A stretch of 64,000 nucleotides of DNA from an uncultured Jannaschia sp. (GTDB taxonomy: Bacteria; Pseudomonadota; Alphaproteobacteria; Rhodobacterales; Rhodobacteraceae), in NCBI RefSeq assembly GCF_947503795.1, contig NZ_CANNEZ010000003.1, positions 150,357 through 214,356 on the forward strand, in the 5' to 3' direction. Below, piece by piece: positions 56,992 through 64,000 of the stretch. How positions within the stretch are numbered: position 1 is the first letter of the stretch; each line of letters opens with the position of its first letter. Made by a program: the position numbers and the translations under genes. The notes under the pieces are model-generated. The model was not told where the DNA came from. It saw only the letters and a program-made list of their open reading frames with translations, and ran no database searches.

Positions 56992-58461
56992 TCATTCGGC
57001 TGCAACCGTGGTCTGGCCGACCGCCAGCCGATCGAGGATCGCCTCGGCAGCCTCGCGCCCGTCGCGGATGGCCCAGACCACGAGCGAGGCACCGCGCACG
57101 ATGTCGCCGACCGCGTAGACGCCGTCGAGCCCCGTCTCGTGGGTGCGGAAATCGGCCTTCACCGTGCCCCAGCGCGTCACCTCCAGCTCCGGGGCGCCCC
57201 AGAGCGTCGGCAGATCCTCGGGCTCGAAGCCCAGGGCCTTGATGACGAGGTCCGCCTCTTCGAGATAGTCGGCGCCCTCGATGATCTCGGGACGCTGACG
57301 CCCGGTGGCATCGGCCTCGCCCAGCCGCATCTTCTGGACCGTGACACCCTTGATCGGCGCGACCTGTCCCGTCTCGGCGGTGTCGACGACGGGGTGAACT
57401 TCGAAGCCGCCGGGCGCGGTCAGCCAGACGAACTCGACGCCCTCCTCCTCGGCGTTCTGAACCTCGCGCTGCGAGCCGGGCATGTTGGCCCGATCCCTGC
57501 GATAGAGACACTTCACGCTGGTCGCGCCCTGCCGGATCGCCGTGCGGACGCAATCCATCGCCGTATCGCCACCACCGATGACGACGACGCGCTTTCCATG
57601 CGCATCCATCTCGCCGCTCTCGAATTCGGGGACATCGTCGCCGAAATACTTCTTCGACGACACCGTCAGGTAATCGATGGCGCGCACGACACCCGGCGCG
57701 TTCGAATTCGCTTCGTCCAGCTCGCGCGACTTGTAGACGCCTGTGGCGACGATGACGGCGTGGTGCTCGGCCCGGATTTCCTCGAACCCAATGTCCCGCC
57801 CGACCTCGACGCCCAGCTCGAACGCCACGCCGCCTTGGGCGAGTTGGTCGTTGCGCCGGGTGACGATCTCCTTCTCCAGCTTGAAGCCGGGAATGCCGTA
57901 GCTCAGGAGGCCGCCCGCGCGGTCGTAGCGATCATAGACCGTGACCTGAATGCCCGCACGCCGGAGCATGTCCGCCGCCGCCAGCCCGCCGGGCCCGGCA
58001 CCGATGATGCCGACGCTCTCGCTCCGCTCGACGCGGGGCGCAATGGCAGGCACCCAGCCATTCTCGAAGGCGGTGTCGGTGATGTATTTCTCGACCGCGC
58101 CGATGGTGACAGTGCCGTGGCCCGACTGCTCGATGACGCAGTTCCCTTCGCAAAGACGGTCCTGCGGGCAGATACGCCCACAGATCTCGGGGAAGGTGTT
58201 GGTCGCCTGGCTGATCTCGTAGGCCTCCTGGAGCCGCCCCTCGGCGGTCAGGCGGAGCCAGTCGGGAATGTTGTTGTGGAGCGGGCAATGGGTCTGGCAA
58301 TAGGGCACGCCGCACTGGCTGCATCGCGCGGCCTGCTCCTCGGCCCGCGCAGTCGCGAACTCGCGGTAGATCTCGCCGAAATCGTCGGTGCGGTCCGAGG
58401 CATCTCGCTTTTCGGGCGTCTGCCGTTCGACCGTCACGAAACGGAGCATCTTGTTCGCCAT
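56992..58461 (-). CDS. gltD: glutamate synthase small subunit
   Basis: 489 aa with an N-terminal Fe-S Cys cluster (CSQCGVPYCQTHCP) and two dinucleotide-binding motifs (IIGAGPGG, VIGGGDTAMD). Confidence 0.95.
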   Translation of the reverse strand: MANKMLRFVTVERQTPEKRDASDRTDDFGEIYREFATARAEEQAARCSQCGVPYCQTHCPLHNNIPDWLRLTAEGRLQEAYEISQATNTFPEICGRICPQDRLCEGNCVIEQSGHGTVTIGAVEKYITDTAFENGWVPAIAPRVERSESVGIIGAGPGGLAAADMLRRAGIQVTVYDRYDRAGGLLSYGIPGFKLEKEIVTRRNDQLAQGGVAFELGVEVGRDIGFEEIRAEHHAVIVATGVYKSRELDEANSNAPGVVRAIDYLTVSSKKYFGDDVPEFESGEMDAHGKRVVVIGGGDTAMDCVRTAIRQGATSVKCLYRRDRANMPGSQREVQNAEEEGVEFVWLTAPGGFEVHPVVDTAETGQVAPIKGVTVQKMRLGEADATGRQRPEIIEGADYLEEADLVIKALGFEPEDLPTLWGAPELEVTRWGTVKADFRTHETGLDGVYAVGDIVRGASLVVWAIRDGREAAEAILDRLAVGQTTVAAE

Positions 58462-58513
58462 ACCACCTCCAGGACCAGACGCCCTCCATACACAAGGCCT
58501 CTGTCGATATAAA

Positions 58514-58528
58514 GTCAGCTTTGCTGAC
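58514..58528. promoter_or_regulatory. palindrome GTCAGC-TTT-GCTGAC in the gltD/uppP divergent intergenic region
   Basis: Perfect 6-3-6 inverted repeat in the AT-richest part of the 206-bp intergenic region, flanked by TGTCGA/TGTCGG half-sites. Confidence 0.3.
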
Positions 58529-58667
58529 CCATTTGTCGGATTTTCTATGCATGTCCGCGGATTTCCGCAAGCAGCCGTCGCATATTAGGGCCGAGTCGGC
58601 CCCATACCTTCGCTTTCCCTGCCTGCACGGGTGATTCACACTGCGCGCAAACAAGGCGAATCGAGCA

Positions 58668-59468
58668 ATGGCCCTCTGGCATCTCTTTCTTCTGGCCGTC
58701 CTTCAGGGCGTGACGGAGTTCCTTCCGGTCTCCTCCTCGGGGCATCTCATCCTGCTGCCCGCGCTGACCGGGCTGGCGGATCAGGGACCGGTTCTCGATG
58801 TGGCGGTGCATGTCGGCACGCTGGGGGCCGTGATCCTCTACTTCCGGTCCGACGTGGCGCGCGCGCTGGTCGGGATGCTGGGGCTCTTGCAGGGGCGGAA
58901 GGATGCGGAGACGCGGCTTGCCGCCGGGCTGGCGATCGCGACGATCCCGGTGATCCTCGCCGGGCTGGCGATCAAGCTCACGGTCGGCACCGAGGCGATG
59001 CGCTCGGTCGCGGTGATCGGGTGGGCCATGCTGGGGTTCGGCCTCCTGCTCTGGTGGTTCGACCGGCGGGGCGCGCAGCTGAAGGGCCTCGCGGACTGGA
59101 CACCGCGCGCCGCGCTGAAGCTCGGGCTCTGGCAGGCCGTCGCCCTCATTCCCGGCACGTCGCGCTCGGGGATCTGCATCACCGGCGCGCGCGCCATGGG
59201 CTACGAGCGGTCCGAGGCCGCGCGGATCGCGATGCTGATGTCGATCCCGACGATCCTCGCCTCCGGTGTCCTGGTGGGGCTCGACGTGGTCGGTGAGGCC
59301 GATGGCGCGCTGGCCCGCGATGCCGGCATCGCCGCCGTCCTGTCTTTCGGCGCGGCCCTCGTGGCGCTCCAGCTGATGTTCCGACTGCTGCAGTCGGTCA
59401 GCTTCACGCCCTACGTCATCTATCGCATCGCCCTGGGGCTGTTCCTGTTGGCCTGGGCCTACACCTGA
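58668..59468 (+). CDS. uppP: undecaprenyl-diphosphate phosphatase
   Basis: 266-aa BacA/UppP family (LQGVTEFLPVSSSGHL, PGTSRSG). Confidence 0.9.
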   Translation: MALWHLFLLAVLQGVTEFLPVSSSGHLILLPALTGLADQGPVLDVAVHVGTLGAVILYFRSDVARALVGMLGLLQGRKDAETRLAAGLAIATIPVILAGLAIKLTVGTEAMRSVAVIGWAMLGFGLLLWWFDRRGAQLKGLADWTPRAALKLGLWQAVALIPGTSRSGICITGARAMGYERSEAARIAMLMSIPTILASGVLVGLDVVGEADGALARDAGIAAVLSFGAALVALQLMFRLLQSVSFTPYVIYRIALGLFLLAWAYT

Positions 59469-60847
59469 CCCGGAACGACGCGGGCGGGTGCCGCGACGCC
59501 GACGAACTCCGTCTCCAGAAGGTCCACCGAGCGCGCGGCGACCAGCACGGCCCATGCCCCGAAGAGGTTCGCCACCACCGCCGCCCCGAGGATCCCCGGA
59601 TACCCGAAGAGCGTGACGCCCAACCACGCGAGCGGCACGTAGATCGCGAGGACCCGCGCCACCGACAGCACCATCGCGTGCCCCGAGCGCGAGATCGCGT
59701 TCAGCGCGGCGTTGCCGGTCACCAGCATCCCGAAGCCGAAGATCGACCAGCCGACGACCCGGAGATAGGACGCGGCGGCTTCGGTGCTTTCCTCGCCCGC
59801 GCCGAACGCGGTGGCGATGGGTCCGGCGAAGAAGGTCAGGACGAGCGCCACGAGAAGGCCGTAGCCGACCGAGAAGATCAGGCACTGCTTCAGGGCCAGC
59901 CGCGCGCGGTCATGCGCCTCGGCGCCCCAGTTCTGGCCCACCACCGGGCCGATCCCCGAGGACAGCGCCAGAAGCGGAACCGACAGGACGCTTTCGACAC
60001 GCGTCGCCGCACCGAAGCCGCCGACCGCGCTTGCGCCCACCGTCGCGACCGCTGCCGTCACCAGCGCCATGCCCGCCGGGTTGATCGCGTTCGACGTGGC
60101 CGCCGGACCGCCGACGCCCGCGATGGCTTTGACGTTGGACCAGAGGTTCCGCAGCGGGGCCGTGCAGGGGTTGAGGATGCCGTCGCGCCACGCCAGCCAG
60201 AAGGCCACGCCCGAACCTGCGACCATCGCCACCAGCGTGCCCAGCGCCGCGCCCGCGATCCCGAGCTCCGGTGCCGGGCCGAGCCCGAGGATGAAGACCG
60301 GCGTCGTCGCGACGTTCACGATGGCCGAGGCGACCATCACCATCGCCGAGGTGCCGCCATTGCCATGCGCCCGGAACACCGCGTTGATCAGCATCATCGA
60401 GACGAGGAACGGGAAGGCCACGCACCAGAGCGGCGTATAGCGAAGCGCCGCGTCGAGCACCTCGCCCTCGGCCCCGAGCATGCCCAGCAGCCAGCCGTCG
60501 ACCAGCCAGAAGACCAATGCGGCGAGCGTCGCCAGCACCAGCCCGAGGCCCAGCGCGTGCAGCCCCCGCCGGGTGACGTCGTTGTCGTCCTCCTTGCGGC
60601 CGAGCGCCTGGCTGATGACCGCACTTGCCCCCGCCGAGAGACCGATGGAGAGCGACGCGATGGCGGTCGTGACAGGGTATATGAAGCCGACCGCGGCCAG
60701 TGCCTCCGGCGACACCTTGGCCAAGAAATACGCATCGACCAGCCCGGTCGAGAGCACCGCGGCGATGCCCAGCATCATAGGCCCCGACAGCCGGGCAAGT
60801 GCCATCCAGACCGGGCCTTCGGTCAGGTCTTTGGTGTTCTGCGCCAT
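59459..60847 (-). CDS. MATE family efflux transporter
   Basis: 462 aa, 12-TM type, with N-terminal LTEGPVWMALARLSGPMMLG typical of MATE. Confidence 0.85.
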   Translation of the reverse strand: MAQNTKDLTEGPVWMALARLSGPMMLGIAAVLSTGLVDAYFLAKVSPEALAAVGFIYPVTTAIASLSIGLSAGASAVISQALGRKEDDNDVTRRGLHALGLGLVLATLAALVFWLVDGWLLGMLGAEGEVLDAALRYTPLWCVAFPFLVSMMLINAVFRAHGNGGTSAMVMVASAIVNVATTPVFILGLGPAPELGIAGAALGTLVAMVAGSGVAFWLAWRDGILNPCTAPLRNLWSNVKAIAGVGGPAATSNAINPAGMALVTAAVATVGASAVGGFGAATRVESVLSVPLLALSSGIGPVVGQNWGAEAHDRARLALKQCLIFSVGYGLLVALVLTFFAGPIATAFGAGEESTEAAASYLRVVGWSIFGFGMLVTGNAALNAISRSGHAMVLSVARVLAIYVPLAWLGVTLFGYPGILGAAVVANLFGAWAVLVAARSVDLLETEFVGVAAPARVVPGQV

Positions 60848-60899
60848 CGCGGGGTCCTGTCAGCTTGTCTGCGCGGACCTAGTGCGCGACCCGTCGCCG

Positions 60900-61883
60900 T
60901 CAGGTGCGCAGATTGCGGGCGCTTTCCTTGATCTCGGCATATTGCCCCGAGGGCCGGAAGCGCCAAAGGTAATCCGGCAGCACCGCCTCCATCGCGGTGG
61001 GTTCGATGCCCAGTTCGGCAAAGCCCGGATGGTCGCCGCCCACCACATTGTCGCGCGCGAGGTTGCGGACCTGATCGCGCGTCAGGAGGCCGTTGCGGAG
61101 CGCGCCGAAGGTCACGAACTGCAGCCCGTCGAGCACCGTCGCCATGACGCGGGCCACCCAGAAGGGCACCCCGAGCACCAGCGCGCGCCGCCGGATCACG
61201 CGCAGCATCGTCTGCATGAGCTCGCGGAAGGTGTCGATATCCGGCCCGCCCAGCTCGTGGATGCCGGGCGCGGCGCGGCCCGCGAGCGCCAGTTCGGCGG
61301 CATGGGCGACGTCGTCGACATAGACCGGCTGGAACCGGGTGTTCGGACCGACGACCGGCAGGACCGGACCCAGCCGCGCCATGGACGCGAAGCGGTTGAA
61401 GAATTCGTCCTCGGGGCCGAACACGATGGACGGCCGCAGGATCACCGCATCGGGGACGTGGCGCAGGACCGCGGCCTCGCCCTCGGCCTTGCTGCGGGCA
61501 TAGCCACTGTCGCTGTCGCTGTCGGCGCCGATCGCCGAGATCTGGACGAGTGACCGGATGCCCGCCGCCGCACAGAGCCGCGCGACCCGCTCGGCGCCGT
61601 CGGACTGCACCGCGTCGAAGGTCTGGCGGCCGCCCTCGGCCAGGATGCCGACGCAGTTCACGGCGGCATCGGCCCCCATCAGCGCGGCGGCGACGCTGGC
61701 ATCGTCGCGGATGTTGGAGAAGACCGGCTCGACCTGTCCGACGCTGCCGTACATGCGGACGAAATGCGCCTCGTTCGGGCGGCGGACGGCGACCCGGACC
61801 CGCCAGCCCGCCTTGGCCATGCGGCGCGCGATATAGCGTCCGACGAAGCCGGAACCGCCGAAGATGGTGACGAGCTTCTGCAT
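60900..61883 (-). CDS. NAD(P)H-binding complex I NDUFA9-like SDR protein
   Basis: 327 aa. MQKLVTIFGGSGFVGRYIARRM Rossmann motif. Atypical SDR family. Confidence 0.8.
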   Translation of the reverse strand: MQKLVTIFGGSGFVGRYIARRMAKAGWRVRVAVRRPNEAHFVRMYGSVGQVEPVFSNIRDDASVAAALMGADAAVNCVGILAEGGRQTFDAVQSDGAERVARLCAAAGIRSLVQISAIGADSDSDSGYARSKAEGEAAVLRHVPDAVILRPSIVFGPEDEFFNRFASMARLGPVLPVVGPNTRFQPVYVDDVAHAAELALAGRAAPGIHELGGPDIDTFRELMQTMLRVIRRRALVLGVPFWVARVMATVLDGLQFVTFGALRNGLLTRDQVRNLARDNVVGGDHPGFAELGIEPTAMEAVLPDYLWRFRPSGQYAEIKESARNLRT

Positions 61884-61965
61884 GGGGTCACTCCTGATCC
61901 GATGGGCCCGCGATACCCCCGGCGGCCAAGCCAGACAAGGGCGGCGAAATATCGCGTGGGGGCGA

Positions 61966-61992
61966 TTGACAGCGCGGGGGCGCAGTTATACC
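61966..61992 (+). promoter_or_regulatory. candidate promoter of tRNA-Leu
   Basis: TTGACA (61966-61971) and TATACC (61987-61992). The spacing is only 15 nt, so this is tentative. Confidence 0.3.
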
Positions 61993-62009
61993 TCGCCTCC
62001 ACCGTGGAT

Positions 62010-62096
<87 letters not shown>

Positions 62097-62111
62097 CGGT
62101 CTACCACACGA

Positions 62112-62137
62112 AACGCCCAGCCCCCGCGCTGGGCGTT
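62112..62137 (+). terminator. hairpin downstream of tRNA-Leu
   Basis: AACGCCCAGC-ccccgc-GCTGGGCGTT gives a 10-bp stem. Only a weak T-run (TTT) follows. Confidence 0.45.
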
Positions 62138-62157
62138 CGCGTTTCCGGGAGGCCGCC

Positions 62158-62787
62158 ATGACCATCGCCCAATCCGACATCACCCTTCACGCGCGCGACC
62201 TGCCGGACGGGATGAGCTTCCCCGACGGCGTCGCGATCGACTGCGAGACGATGGGCCTCAACCCCCATCGCGATCGGCTCTGCCTCGTGCAGCTGTCGGG
62301 CGGCGACGGACATGCGCATCTGGTGCAGATCGAGAAGGGCCAGACCTCGGCGCCGAACCTCGAAGCGCTGCTGCGTGACAAGACCGTCACCAAGCTCTTT
62401 CATTTCGGCCGCTTCGACATCGCGGCGATGTATCACGCCTTCGGCGCGCTGGCCGAGCCGGTCTGGTGTTCGAAGATCGCATCGCGGCTGGTGCGGACCT
62501 ATACCGACCGGCACGGGCTCAAGGCGCTCCTGTCTGAATGCCTCGGCGTCGACATCTCCAAGCTGCAGCAGACCTCCGATTGGGGCGCCGAGGAGTTGAG
62601 CGAGGCGCAGATGGCCTATGCCGCGTCGGACGTGCTGTATCTCCACCGCCTGCGCGACGTGCTGGACGCCCGCCTGCTGCGCGAAGACCGGACGGATATC
62701 GCGCAGGCCTGCTTCGACTTCCTGCCGACCCGCGCCAAGCTCGACCTGATCGGCTATCCCGAGACGGACATCTTCGCGCATTCCTGA
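62158..62787 (+). CDS. rnd: ribonuclease D-like 3'-5' exonuclease (short form)
   Basis: 209 aa from MTIAQSDITLHARD. DEDDy motifs (IDCETMGL, HFGRFD, YAASDVLYL). The upstream part of ORF 62047..62787 overlaps the tRNA. Confidence 0.85.
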   Translation: MTIAQSDITLHARDLPDGMSFPDGVAIDCETMGLNPHRDRLCLVQLSGGDGHAHLVQIEKGQTSAPNLEALLRDKTVTKLFHFGRFDIAAMYHAFGALAEPVWCSKIASRLVRTYTDRHGLKALLSECLGVDISKLQQTSDWGAEELSEAQMAYAASDVLYLHRLRDVLDARLLREDRTDIAQACFDFLPTRAKLDLIGYPETDIFAHS

Positions 62788-62800
62788 CAGAAGGGACCGC

Positions 62801-63415
62801 ATGGACCCGCCCGATCGCACCCGCGGCACCCACAGCCGCATCGTCCGGATCGCGACGATCGTATTGCCGGTCGGGGCGCTGGCCCTCTTGTCGACGCTGT
62901 TCCTCCTGGCGCGCACGGTGGACCCGAACGACGCGATCCCCTTCGCCGAGGTGGACGTCTCGGAGCGCGCGCGCGACCAGCAACTGACTGCGCCGCGCCT
63001 GACGGGCCTCGCGGGTGACGGCACGGCCTTCGTGCTGTCGGCGGCGAGCGCGCGGCCCGATCCCGACGATCCGCGCCGCATGACCGCCGAGACGATGCGG
63101 CTCGTCCTTGAAGGCGAAGCCGGCGGACGCGCCGTCGTCTCGGCCCTGCGCGGACGCGTCGATTCGGGCGAGCGTGCGGTGGATCTCGCGGGGGCCGTCC
63201 GCATCCAGACCTCGACCGGCTTTACCCTGCGGACCGAGCGCCTTCTGGGGTCGCTGGCCGAGCTCGACATCGTCTCGCCGGGCGAGGTGACCGGCGACGG
63301 GCCTCTCGGCGATCTGCGCGCCGGGGGCATGCGGATCGACGAGGATGAGACCGGCGCCGCCCGGCTGGTCTTCACCGATGGCGTCGATCTGCTATACGTC
63401 CCGCCAACCCGATAG
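62801..63415 (+). CDS. lptC: LPS export system protein LptC
   Basis: 204 aa with a single N-terminal TM. Assigned from its position directly upstream of lptA-lptB. Confidence 0.7.
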   Translation: MDPPDRTRGTHSRIVRIATIVLPVGALALLSTLFLLARTVDPNDAIPFAEVDVSERARDQQLTAPRLTGLAGDGTAFVLSAASARPDPDDPRRMTAETMRLVLEGEAGGRAVVSALRGRVDSGERAVDLAGAVRIQTSTGFTLRTERLLGSLAELDIVSPGEVTGDGPLGDLRAGGMRIDEDETGAARLVFTDGVDLLYVPPTR

Positions 63416-63426
63416 GATCCCTGCCC

Positions 63427-63903
63427 ATGCTGCCGCGTCTGACCGCCCTCATGTTGATGCTCGCCCTGCCGGTGGCCGCGCAGGATGCCCGCGTGGGCTT
63501 CGGCGGCGGCAATCACGACGCCGACGCGCCGGTCGAGGTCGCGGCCGACAATCTCGAGGTCGATCAGGCCACGGGCCGCGCGGTCCTGACGGGCAATGTC
63601 GTGATCGTGCAGGGCGACTTCCGGCTGGCCGCGAACCGCGTCACCGTCGACTATGCCACCCCGGGCGAGGATCGCCGGATCGAGCGGATGAACGCCACCG
63701 GCGACGTGCTGATCGTCGCGGGCGAAGACGCCGCCGAGGGCCAGACCGCGACCTACACCCTGGGCTCGTCCGACATCGTTCTGACCGGCGACGTCGTCGT
63801 CACCCAGGCCGGCAGCACGCTGGCGGGCGACCGGCTTCTGGTCAATCTCGACAGCGGGGCGGGCACCGTGACCGGTCGTGTGCGCACCACGTTGCAGCCA
63901 TGA
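63427..63903 (+). CDS. lptA: LPS transport periplasmic protein LptA (OstA-like)
   Basis: 158 aa with a signal peptide and the OstA-type repeats VEVAADNLEVDQATGRAVLTGNVVIVQGDFRLAANRVTVDY. Confidence 0.8.
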   Translation: MLPRLTALMLMLALPVAAQDARVGFGGGNHDADAPVEVAADNLEVDQATGRAVLTGNVVIVQGDFRLAANRVTVDYATPGEDRRIERMNATGDVLIVAGEDAAEGQTATYTLGSSDIVLTGDVVVTQAGSTLAGDRLLVNLDSGAGTVTGRVRTTLQP

Positions 63904-64000
63904 CCGGCCCGTCGGTCATCGAGGGCGGCGGCGGGTTGAAGATCCGCGCGCTGCGCAAGTCCTACAAGAAGCGGCCGGTGATCCGAGACGTGTCGATGGA
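63900..64000 (+). CDS. lptB: LPS export ABC transporter ATP-binding protein LptB (5' fragment, runs off the window)
   Basis: The ATG overlaps the lptA stop (ATGA). MTGPSVIEGGGGLKIRALRKSYKKRPVIRDVSM matches the LptB N-terminus upstream of Walker A. Confidence 0.75.
   Translation, partial: MTGPSVIEGGGGLKIRALRKSYKKRPVIRDVSM

Overview
High-GC (about 66-68%) alphaproteobacterial chromosome segment, probably Rhodobacterales: the smoEFGK-smoS-mtlK polyol operon closely resembles that of Rhodobacter/Cereibacter sphaeroides. I found no mobile elements, CRISPR arrays, phage genes or recognisable defence genes. The window holds five solute-uptake loci: urtABCDE (urea); a LacI-controlled TRAP transporter with HisD-like, SDR and Zn-ADH genes (candidate DHPS locus); the polyol operon; ROK-regulated frcBCAK (fructose); and an AraC-controlled PhyH / MBL-fold / Opp-type ABC / GH38 alpha-mannosidase operon. 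These sit among core genes: rnhB, ccrM, queG, mtgA, gltD/gltB, uppP, rnd, lptCAB, tRNA-Arg(CCT) and tRNA-Leu(CAG). The best leads for undescribed biology are: (1) the 10-kb AraC/PhyH/degenerate-MBL/ABC/GH38 operon; (2) a module encoding a small secreted protein, a two-TM protein with a C-terminal winged-helix domain, and a divergent secreted His-rich, Cys-repeat protein; (3) two unknown genes translationally coupled between gltD and gltB. Other observations: a frameshifted DUF2339 gene; a perfect 16-bp LacI operator pair with a leader mini-ORF; GC-rich stem-loops after all five substrate-binding-protein genes; and a probable CTG start for queG. Many long ORFs in the track are antisense or off-frame artefacts of GC-rich DNA and are rejected. 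CDS ends follow the ORF track, and internal starts were checked in frame. Hand-counted non-CDS coordinates may be off by 1-2 nt.
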